Assembly (NCBI RefSeq): GCF_023055435.1
Contig: NW_025964268.1
Span: forward strand, 2,480,001-2,544,000
Reading direction: 5' to 3'
DNA: 64,000 nucleotides
Source of the DNA: Haliotis rufescens
Taxonomy: Eukaryota
The notes beneath the pieces are model-generated. The model was not told the DNA's origin, made no database searches, and worked only from the letters and a program-made list of their open reading frames with translations. This document shows, piece by piece, positions 49,301 through 61,300 of this stretch. The translations under genes were made by a program, and so were the position numbers. Each line of letters begins with the position of its first letter. Positions within the stretch are counted from its first letter, which is position 1.

Positions 49301-52300
49301 ATGAAGATATAATACACTGGATAATCGTGGATAATCTTAGCGTGCCCTGTCGTGATAATACCGGAAGCCGCATGATACCTTCCTCAAATACGCGTCCATG
49401 TTTATTGTTGTTTTTTTATGTGGAGTGTGAGAAAAATCGTGTGTTGGGTAAATTTAAACTTTGCAAAAAGTCTTAAAACCATATTCCCCTAGCTTCTCAA
49501 GCTGCTGTGAAACGCATTCACTCACTCACCAACCTCCTTACTCTACTGTAAACCGTAATCACTCACCTACCTCTTTACTCTACTGTAAACCGTATTCACT
49601 CACCTACCTCCTTACTCTACTGTAAACCATAATCACTCACTCCCCTACCTCCTTACTCTACTGTAAACCGTAATCACTCACCTACCTCCTTACTCTACTG
49701 TAAACCGTAATCACTCACTCACCTACCTCCTTACTCTACTGTAAACCGTATTCACTCACTCACTCCCCTACCTCCTTACTCTACTGTAAACCGTATTCAC
49801 TCACTCACTCCCCTACCTCCTTACTCTTCTGTAAACCGTATTCACTCACTCACCTACCTCTTTACTCTACTGTAAACCGTATTCACTCACCTACCTCCTT
49901 ACTCTACTGTAAACCATAATCACTCACTCCCCTACCTCCTTACTCTACTGTAAACCGTATTCACTCACCTACCTCCTTACTCTACTGTAAACCGTATTCA
50001 CTCACTCACTCCCCTACCTCCTTACTCTACTGGAAACCGCATTCACTCACTCACCTACCTCCTTACTCTACTGTAAACCGCATTCACTCACTCACCTACC
50101 TCCTTACTCTACTGTAAACCGCATTCACTCACTCACCTACCTCCTTACTCTACTGGAAACCGCATTCACTCACTCACCTACCTCCTTACTCTACTGTAAA
50201 CCGCATTCACTCACTCACCTACCTCCTTACTCTACTGGAAACCGCATTCACTCACTCACCTACCTCCTTACTCTACTGTAAACCGTATTCACTCACTCAC
50301 CTACCTCCTTACTCTACTGTAAACCGCATTCACTCACTCACCTACCTCCTTACTCTACTGTAAACCGCATTCACTCACTCACCTACCTCCTTACTCTACT
50401 GTAAACCGTATTTACTCAGTCACTCACCTACCTCCTTACTCTACTGTAAACCGTATTTACCCACTCACTCACCTACCTCCTTACTCTATAGTAAACCTAT
50501 TAATCTTTCAGAAGAAAACATATATATATATTCTCACCTTTTTCATTCAGAAATTCTGTAAAAACGTACACTGTTTTGTCCTGTCTTGAAATCACCTGTT
50601 TTGACTGGAAACATGTGGTAAACAAGGGGAACAACTGCTGATTGGTGGGAATTAGCACTGATGCCTTTTCAGTGTTGGCATAAACTGTAGACGTAATGTT
50701 CCTGTAATTAACTCCTTTTTTTATTTTAAGATGTCACGTAGCTTACATCACGTAGCTTACATCACGAAGCTTACATCACGATCTATAAAACACCCTCAAA
50801 ACATGTGGAATATATTTACAATCTTGTTTCTCACTTTGTCAAGCAGACAGCACTTCGGCAACATGAGCATAATTCCTGTACCATCATCGCGAGACCAGTT
50901 TTTATGTATCGGCAGTAACGTAGCTTACAAGCTTAACTCAACTCTCAAAAATGGTGCTATTTTCGTGATATAAAGTGTTTATACATATTACAGGATGCCT
51001 GTCACCACTTTGGCTCCCCAACGTGTGTATTCGTGATGTCTTATGAACAATTATTTTGTTTTTATATCTTGAAATGACAGTTGCTGTTTCAAACAGAAAT
51101 AAAGTAACGTAGCTTACCTGAAAACAGGCGACACGTTTTTAACAAGCATAACTTTGTCATTTAATAAGATAGCTCTGTGAAATTTGGTGTTCTAGTGCAT
51201 GATATATCAGAGGTACTGAAAAACCAAGAATAACTTGCTTAAACATAAGGACATTTAACAAATCACAATCGTTTCATGATTGATATTAAAATCGACAATG
51301 ACATTATACTAAAATGTTGCTATTATGACCGATGCTGCAAAAATATGGTTTGGAAAGCAACCAAAATGTCAGTGTAATATCTTTCCCAATACCATTCCCA
51401 ACATTTACCCTCTCTGTCAAGTTTATTTAATGATAAATATACGGCTAGTGGCTAAGCGACAGGTTAAATTTGAAATTGTACATTCTTCGTGAGAATGGGT
51501 GATTCACCCACTCACCTACCTCCTTGCTCTACTGTGAACCGTTTTTACTCACTCACTCACCTACCTCCTTACTCTACTGTAAACCGTATTTACTCACTCA
51601 CTCACTCACCTACCTCCTTGCTCTACTGTGAACCGTATTTACTCACTCACTCACCTACCTCCTTACTCTACTGTAAACCGTATTTACTCACTCACTCACC
51701 TACCTCCTTACTCTACTGTAAACCGTATTCACTCTCACCTACCTCCTTTCTCTGATGTAAACAGCATTCACTCACCTACCACCTTACTCTACTGTAGGTT
51801 ACTGGCAATGGATGAGGAACCATCAACTCCCTGGGCATTCAGAATTTCCTCCCCTGACGAAACAGCGAAGGTTCATTACTTCTCCTGCGTCAGCGACGTG
51901 GATCGAATGGTAATGATATTGTCCATGACGATTTGGTAATATATATTCCATTACAATTAATATGTGTATAACCCGACACCTCCCACGCCCTTCAAGTGTG
52001 GTAGCACCTGGTTAACGGTATCTTGATGGGAGAATTATAAACCCATTAACAAAAATCCAATATCCTTTGCAATGTCAAGCCCTAATACTTTTCGACCAAA
52101 CTTTACCTGAATGGGATTCCAGGTCAGATAGAAGTCATTTATATTATCAGCCATTGGTTTGTCAATATTGAGGAGTACACGTACTAAGTTCTCAGTCAAT
52201 GGACCTTTATTTGTTTGGTCATTCCTTTAGTTGGAATGAACCCCGAGTAACCACACAGTAACCCCCGAGTAACCACACAGTAACCCCCGAATAACCACAC

Positions 52301-55300
52301 AGTAACCCCCGAGTAACCACACAGTAATCCCCGAGTAACCACACAGTAACCCCCGAGTAACCACACAGTAACCCCCTAGTAACCACACAGTAACCCCCGA
52401 GTAACCACATAGTAACCCCCTAGTAACGACACAGTAACACTCAAGTAACCACACAGTAACCCCCGAGTAACCACCATATAGTAACCCCCTAGTAACCACA
52501 CAGTAACCCCCGAGTAACCACACAGTAACCCGGGTAACCACACAGAAACCCCCGAGTAACCACACAGTAACCCCCGAGTAACCACACAGTAACCCCCAAG
52601 TAACGACACAGTAACCCCGAGCAACCACACAGTAACCCGGGTAACCACACAGTAACCCCCGAGTAACCACACAGTTACCCGGGTAACCACACAGTAACCC
52701 CCGAGTAACCACACAGTAACCCCCAAGTAACCACACAGTAAACCCCAAGTAACCACACAGTAACCCCCGAGTAACCACACAGTAACCCCCGAGTAACCAC
52801 ACAGTAACCCCCGAATAACCACACAGTAACCCCCGAGTAACCACACAGTAACCCCCGAGTAACCACACAGTAACCCCCGAGTAACCACACAGTAACCCCT
52901 AGTAACCACACAGTAACCCCCGAGTAACCACATAGTAACCCCCTAGTAACGACACAGTAACACTCGAGTAACCACACAGTAACCCCCGAGTAACCACCAT
53001 ATAGTAACCCCCTATTTTACGTCACAGTAACCCCCGAGTAACCACACAGTAACCCGGGTAACCACACAGAAACCCCCGAGTAACCACACAGTAACCCCCG
53101 AGTAACCACACAGTAACCCCCGAGTAACCACATAGTAGCCCCCTAGTAACGACACAGTTACCCCGAGGAACCACACAGTAACCCCCTAGTAACCACACAG
53201 TAACCCGGATAACCACACAGTAACCCCCGAGTAACCACACAGTAACCCCCGAGTAACCACACAGTAACCCCCAAGTAACCACACAGTAACCCCCAAGTAA
53301 CCACACAGTAACCCCCAAGTAACCACACAGTAACCCCCGAGTAACCACACAGTAATCCCCGAGTAACCACACAGTAACCCCCGAGTAACCACACAGTAAT
53401 GCTGATATCCGCATTGATAGTTATTTGACTTTGATTTCATTGTGTTGAAGACTTGGATGAAGGCTTTTCGCGAGGAGATGATGCTCGCCAACAAAGTGAA
53501 GGATGACCGGTGAGAAAGAAGGAGTAGTATTAGTAGTAGTATAAGTATTAGTATTAGTATTAGTAGTATTAGAAGTAGTAGTTCGTTTGTTTGTTGCTTT
53601 ACGCCGAATTCGGCAATATTCCAACCATATGCCGGCGGTCTGTAAATAAACGAATCTGGACCAGACAAATTCAGTGATTGGCATCATGAACAATCTCACT
53701 AAAATCCTATCTTGTTTCTTGCTACTGCTAAAGAAAGATCTGAGGTCATCCCATTACGGGTCACTTCGGAACGACAATTCACCCGATCAATCAGAGGGAC
53801 ACTTACCAGAAAGTGATAGTCGGAATGTGTCTTCTAATCATTCAACCTCGAAAAAGGTTGACACGGGGTTTTCCGAACGACAGTTACGGACTGCCCGTCT
53901 GTCTCCGGCTTCAGTTTGATAAACATTTCTCTCATCTCGTGACGGAGGAAAAGGAGATATTTTCACTCGTCGCTACGCCACTCGTGAAAATATGTCCTTT
54001 TCCCCGTCACTCGATGAGGGAAACAATATATTTCACTCGACACATGAAAGATCCTCTATATATTTAGCTGTATTCAGGTACGGTGATAAAGCAGGTAACC
54101 TCATTGCTAACAAATGGCGTCGTGTAGTTTCAGTGCAGGGTCCGTGGCGTCCACCAGCTCCTCCAAAGACGTCTACGTCATGCTCCATAAGCCTATATTT
54201 GAACCCCCACAGAGTGAGGACAGTGATGGTATGTAATTACACTACGTTGTCCATTAAGGCTGACATCCAGGGTATACTATCTCCATTCTATTAGGATAAA
54301 TACCCTGGAGTCATACGTAACCGTTACGGAAGTGACGCCATCGCCATCTGTTTCGATAATGAAAAACTCCAAGCTTTTTTGAATCTGAAGTCTGTCTTTT
54401 CTAGGGAATGCTAGAGGAGATATTGTCGCGATGTCGCATTGTCGCGTTGTCGACCTTCCAAAAAAGCGAAAACTGTCAAAATTTACCAAAGTGTGACAAC
54501 CCGACATTTTGACCATGTGTCGCATTGTCGCTCTTTGGTAAATGTTGACACATAGTGCTTGTTTTTGTGCGGGTGACAACGCGACAATGCGACAATACCT
54601 AAAAGTTTTAATTATCGAAACTTTACTAATCGTAATAACCTGATACCCTGCTAGAGATAAAAGGTCAATCAATGTCAAGATACCAAGCACGTCGGTACCA
54701 TTATGCTCACAAGGGTAAGGCGGTAAAACTATAGTCATACTGCCATACTGCAATTGCTTCCAATTTTCTTTGTATTTATTTTAGAAATTTGTATTTTGGA
54801 AAAGATGTGTGTGTAACTCCAGTTGCTATTACTGCTGCTGGTTGATTGATTCAGAGGATTCCGACGAAGAGGAAGACGACTCCGACTACGACCAAATAAA
54901 CGACTTAGACCTGGAGAAGGCCAGGCGACCACGGATACCTCTACCTCGTGAGTAACCTTCACCTTGCACGGGGTGAGTGAGTGAGTAGGTTTGGATTAAC
55001 GCCGCTTTGAACAATATTCAGTTATATCACGCAGTGTCAGCTCGATGTGGGAGGAAAGCCCGAAGTGATGCAGGTCTTAGACGTTTAGCACTGTGGTGAA
55101 ACCCACGAGCACGGGTATGGTGCTGACAAACCTAAAACCATAATCAGGATCAACCAGGTTTGGAACACACGATAATATGTTTCTGGCAAGTCTAAGGAAC
55201 GCAACTCTGCACATTACGGCGTCTCAGCAAACTGTCCCAACTTGCAAAGATGTCTAGCGCAAGCCCGTGTTCTGATACTCGAGAATGTTCAGCAGTTGTC

Positions 55301-58300
55301 TGTAACAAAAACTGTTCACTGTGTTAGTACCGGGGCAGCCATGGACGACGGAAATGGGGATCAGGCGGTCACAGCCTGTGACGTTGCACCTCTACTTCAG
55401 TGGTTACTTGTGCTAACAACCTCTGGATAGTTTGTTTTCAAGCCGTCATATCAAAAGTTTAATATTGTTGACAATGGCTTTGTTACAGAATTTGAGGATA
55501 TAATAATCATTTGTGTTTCCTAGCAACCCCCGATGACCCAGCATATAAGGAGGTCACAAAGGAGGACCGGAAAGCCCCAGAGAAGAAACCATTACCAACG
55601 CCACATAAACCAAAGTCGGAGAAGCACACGTACATCAACTCGCCAAAGCATACAAGTACAAAGACTAACAGTGTACGTTTCAGAATGGGTATTGTGCTGT
55701 CGGCAATGATTATGTCTGTAATTATCGCGTGATAAAGGTAGGAACTAAACTACAACGAAATATTTGATAAAGAAAGACGCGCGCACAATCATCTTCACTC
55801 ATAAGCACAAGCATTTAAACACACGCTCGCGGTTCGGTCGCGATCAAAGGATGTTTGTTGTGTTCTCGCTGCTGAAACAAACGTCCCACGGCCGCGACTG
55901 TGGTGCACGCAGTCTCGATCGTTCTGCCAACATCAGGAGTTGATATTTGTTATGAATGCTTTTGTATGATGGTCTTTGTTATCGAATGATCATTGCCAAC
56001 TTGCCTCAAACAACATTATCACGTACAGTAAGCTACGGTTATAACGAACTGAAAGGGGCATTTTAGCTCGTAATAACCGTAGTTCGTTATTAGCATGTTC
56101 GTTATAACCGTAGTTTACTGTATTCCTGTTTTTAATGACACAATATTTTACTATGATGGAATCGCTAATGCAGGTTAGTATCCAATCATGCAAAGTTCAT
56201 GATCCATGTCTTTGCTGTGCAACTTAGCTTATCAACTTTTCACAGTTCATGTTGCTGGAACATAACAATCGCCCATAGTTTGCGTGTTGCTATGCAACAT
56301 GGTAAGTAAACCATTCATAGAACATGTCGTTGATACGATACTTGCTGAGTCAAGCGTTTATAGTTTTGTAATTTTGATTCAGTGATATAGCAAGATTATT
56401 GTTGACTTAACACAACGCTCAGTCGCTCAGTCGCTCACTCATTTATTCCACCCAGCAACCACAAAGCAATCAGGCAATGAATTATCATTGTATCGAAGCA
56501 TTTGAAGCAACCTATCACGCGTTCAAACCCTTCATTAATCCACACTACTTCGCCAATAAATTGATTAATCATCTTTTATTTAGCTTCCGGCGCAAGCGTC
56601 TTCCTTGCCAGCTAAATCAGCTGCGCCGAAGGCGAAAGCTATATCTGAGGCAAAACAAGCACTACAACCACCTAAACCCAAGACGAAGCCTAAACCAACA
56701 TCGCCCACTGTGCCATCGGAGAAAGAGTACTTCTTCCCTGAAAGTGACAGAGACAAAGCACTGTCGTGAGTATAATCGCAGACCCTTGTTATACGTTATA
56801 ACCTGGGGAAGAGGACGGCAATGTTTAGAACAAATGACCTCTTCTTTATAGTGTTGAAATTTTGAATAATTTGTCAAGTGTTCGTATCAACGAGACTTCG
56901 AAGTATTTTAATGGTCATAAAATTCGGGTTTCTATTACAGCCATGTTGAGATGCCGCGGCAGGTTCATTGTAGTCAGTAGTAGTCAATCTCTATCACCTG
57001 GTTGACTGTGTATCGTCTTCCCCCAGTAGCCTCTGTAGTCAGTCTCTGTCACCTGGTTGACTGTGAATCACCTTCCCTCAGTAGCCACTGAAGTCAATCT
57101 CTGTCACCTGGTTGACTGTGTATCATCTTCCCAAAGTAGTCACTGTAGTCAATCTCTATCACCTGGTTGACCGTGTATCGTCTTCCCCCAGTAGCCTCTG
57201 TAGTCAGTCTCCTTCACCTGGCTGGCTGTGAATCATCTTCCCCCAGTAGCTACTGTAGTCAGTCTCTGTCACCTGGTTAACCGTGTACCATCTTCCCCCA
57301 GTAGCCACTATAGTCAGTCTCTGTCACCTGGTTGGCTGTGTATCATCTTACCCCAGTAGCTTCTGTAGTCAGTCTCTGTCACCTGGTTGGCTGTGTATCA
57401 TCTTCCCCCAGTAGCCTCTGTAGTCAGTCTCTGTCACCTGGTTAACTGTGTATCATCTTCTCCCAGTAGACACTGTAGTCAGTCTCTGTTACCTGGTTAA
57501 CTGTGTATCATCTTCCCCAAGTAGCTACTGTAGTCACTCTCTGTCACCTATTTGGCTGTGTATCATCTTACCCCAGTAGCCTCTGTAGTCAGTCTCTGTC
57601 ACCTGGTTGACTGTGTATCGTCTTCCCCCAGTAGCCTCTGTAGTCAGTCTCTGTCACCTGGTTGACTGTGTATCATCTTCCCTCAGTAGCCACTGTAGTC
57701 AATCTCTGTCACCTGGTTGACTGTGTATCATCTTCCCAAAGTAGCCACTGTAGTCAATCTCTATCACCTGGTTGACCGTGTGTCGTCTTCCCCCAGTAGC
57801 CTCTGTAGTCAGTCTCTGTCACCTGGCTGGCTGTGTATCATCTTCCCCCAGTAGCTACTGTAGTCAGTCTCTGTCACCTGGTTAACTGTGTATCATCTTC
57901 CCCAAGTAGCTACTGTAGTCAGTCTCTGTAACCTATTTGGCTGTGTATCATCTTACCCCAGTAGCCTCTGTAGTCAGTCTCTGTCACCTGGTTGGCTGTG
58001 TGTCATCTTCCCCCAGTAGCTTCTGTAGTCAGTCTCTGTCACCTGGTTTGCTGTGTATCATCTTCCCCCAGTAGCCTCTGTAGTCAGTCTCTGTCACCTG
58101 GTTAACTGTGTATCATCTTCTCCCAGTAGACACTGTAGTCAGTCTCTGTTACCTGGTTAACTGTGTATCATCTTCCCCAAGTAGCTACTGTAGTCAGTCT
58201 CTGTAACCTATTTGGCTGTGTATCATCTTACCCCAGTAGCCTCTGTAGTCAGTCTCTGTCACCTGGTTGGCTGTGTATCATCTTCCCCCAGTAGCCTCTG

Positions 58301-61300
58301 TAGTCAGTCTCTGTCATCTGGTTGACCGTGTACCATCTTCCCCCAGTAGCTACTGTAGTCAGTCTCTGTCACCTGGTTGGCTGTGTATCATCTTCTCCCA
58401 GTAGCCTCTGTAGTCAGTCTCTGTCACCTGGTTGACCGTGTACCATCTTCCCCCAGTAGCCTCTGTAGTCAGTCTCTGTCACCTGGTTGGCTGTGAATCA
58501 TATTACCCCAGTAGCTACTGTAGTCAGTCTCTGTCACCTGGTTAACCGTGTACCATCTTCCCCCAGTAGCCACTATAGTCAGTCTCTGTCACCTGGTTGG
58601 CTGTGTATCATCTTCCCCCAGTAGCTTCTGTAGTCAGTCTCTGTCACCTGGTTGGCTGTGTATCATCTTCCCCCAGTAGCTACTGTAGTCAGTCTCTGTA
58701 ACCTATTTGGCTGTGTATCATCTTACCCCAGTAGCCTCTGTAGTCAGTCTCTGTCACCTGGCTGGCTGTGTATCATCTTCCCCCAGTAGCTACTGTAGTC
58801 AGTCTCTGTCACCTGGTTAACTGTGTATCATCTTCTCCCAGTAGCCTCTGTAGTCAGTCTCTGTCACCTGGTTGACCGTGTACCATCTTCCCCCAGTAGC
58901 CTCTGTAGTCAGTCTCTGTCACCTGGTTGGCTGTGAATCATATTACCCCAGTAGCTACTGTAGTCAGTCTCTGTCACCTGGTTAACCGTGTACCCTCTTC
59001 CCACAGTAGACACTTTAGTCAGTCTCTGTCACCTGGTTGGCTGTGTATCATCTTCCCCCAGTAGCTTCTGTAGTCAGTCTCTGTCACCTGGTTGGCTGTG
59101 TATCATCTTCCCCCAGTAGCCTCTGTAGTCAGTCTCTGTCACCTGGTTAACTGTGTATCATCTTCTCCCAGTAGACACTGTAGTCAGTCTCTGTTACCTG
59201 GTTAACTGTGTATCATCTTCCCCAAGTAGCTACTGTAGTCACTCTCTGTCACCTATTTGGCTGTGTATCATCTTACCCCAGTAGCCTCTGTAGTCAATCT
59301 CTATCACCTGGTTGACCGTGTGTCGTCTTCCCCCAGTAGCCTCTGTAGTCAGTCTCTGTCACCTGGCTGGCTGTGTATCATCTTCCCCCAGTAGCTACTG
59401 TAGTCAGTCTCTGTCACCTGGTTAACTGTGTACCATCTTCCCCCAGTAGCCACTGTAGTCAGTCTCTGTCACCTGGTTGGCTGTGTGTCATCTTCCCCCA
59501 GTAGCTTCTGTAGTCAGTCTCTGTCACCTGGTTGGCTGTGTATCATCTTCCCCCAGTAGCCTCTGTAGTCAGTCTCTGTCACCTGGTTAACTGTGTATCA
59601 TCTTCTCCCAGTAGACACTGTAGTCAGTCTCTGTTACCTGGTTAACTGTGTATCATCTTCCCCAAGTAGCTACCGTAGTCAGTCTCTGTAACCTATTTGG
59701 CTGTGTATCATCTTACCCCAGTAGCCTCTGTAGTCAGTCTCTGTCTCCTGGTTGACCGTGTATCATCTTCCCCCAGTAGCCTCTGTAGTCAGTCTCTGTC
59801 ACCTGGTTGGCTGTGTATCATCTTCCCCCAGTAGCCTCTGTAGTCAGTCTCTGTCACCTGGTTGACCGTGTACCATCTTCCCCCAGTAGCCTCTGTAGTC
59901 AGTCTCTGTCACCTGGTTAACCGTGTACCATCTTCCCCCAGTAGCTACTGTAGTCAGTCTCTGTCACCTGGTTGGCTGCGTGTTATCTTCTCCCAGTAGC
60001 CTCTGTAGTCAGTCTCTTTCACCTGGTTGACCGTGTACCATCTTCCCCCAGTAGCCTCTGTAGTCAGTCTCTGTCACCTGTTTGGCTGTGAATCATATTA
60101 CCCCAGTAGCTACTGTAGTCAGTCTCTGTCACCTGGTTAACCGTGTACCATCTTCCCCCAGTAGCCACTATAGTCAGTCTCTGTCACCTGGTTGGCTGTG
60201 TATTATCTTCTCCCAGTAGCCTCTGTAGTCAGTCTCTGTCACCTGGTTGACTGTGTATCATCTTCCCCCAGTAGCCTCTGTAGTCAGTCTCTTTCACCTG
60301 GTTGACCGTGTACCATCTTCCCCCAGTAGCCCAGTCTCTGTCACTTTCCCCGTTATGATCCGTGCTAGAAAAGGCGACTATGCTTGTCGTAAGAGGCGAC
60401 TTACGGGATCGAATGGTCAGGCTCGCTGACTTGGTTGATGCATATCGTCGTATCCCAATTGCGTGGATCGGTGCTCGTTTTAAGAATGACTTGGTTGTCT
60501 GATCCAGGCTTTATTATATGCAGACCGCCGACATATAGCTGGAATATTGCTGAAAAGGTGTTATTTTGTGTTATCGGACCCCAGGTCCCCAGTAGCCTCT
60601 GTTGTCAGTCTCTGGTCGTCGTTAGAGCGCTGAAACATGGCTACCGGTGGCGTGTCACGTGGTATATGTTTATATCATTATGTGCTTTATGCAGTTACAT
60701 TTTGAGTTTTTCGAAAATTCACAGACATTGATAATCTATACAATTAACCATTCGCCCATATACAACATTAAGTGTGTATGTTCAGTTTGGTTGTATATTA
60801 AGCTTATGTACAACTACTAGTTTAGTAAATTAATAAGCTGATATTCAATACTTTGAATTTATATTCAGACGACACATATTTTTAATAAAATAATATTTTT
60901 TCGAGAACCTTAACAGGAACATTAATCTGTTATGCCTCGTTTTACCTGCGTAGATTAGGTAAGATGTGATTTGTTTGTTTAACGCCGCACTCAGCAATAG
61001 GCCATCAATGTGACGGCGGTCTGTAAGTAATGGAACCTGGACAAGACGATCCAGTGATTGACATCATTAGCATCTATCTACGCAGTTGGGTTCCGATGAC
61101 ATACATCGATCAAGTTAGCGAGCCTGACCACCCCGATTCCGTTAGTCACCTCTTCGCAAAAAGCGATACCAATACTGCTGAAGACCAATTCTAACGTGGG
61201 TCATCACGTGGTGCCCAATTCAATCGCCTCTTACGACCAGTAATGGGGTGCTGGGACACATTCTACCCCGGGACCCCACGGGAAAGATTAGATATGAAAC

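Noticed and set aside
52219-53414. Hydrophobic GYCVVTRGLLC repeat ORFs on the minus strand
   Set aside because: Translation of the 22-bp satellite cycling through all three frames.
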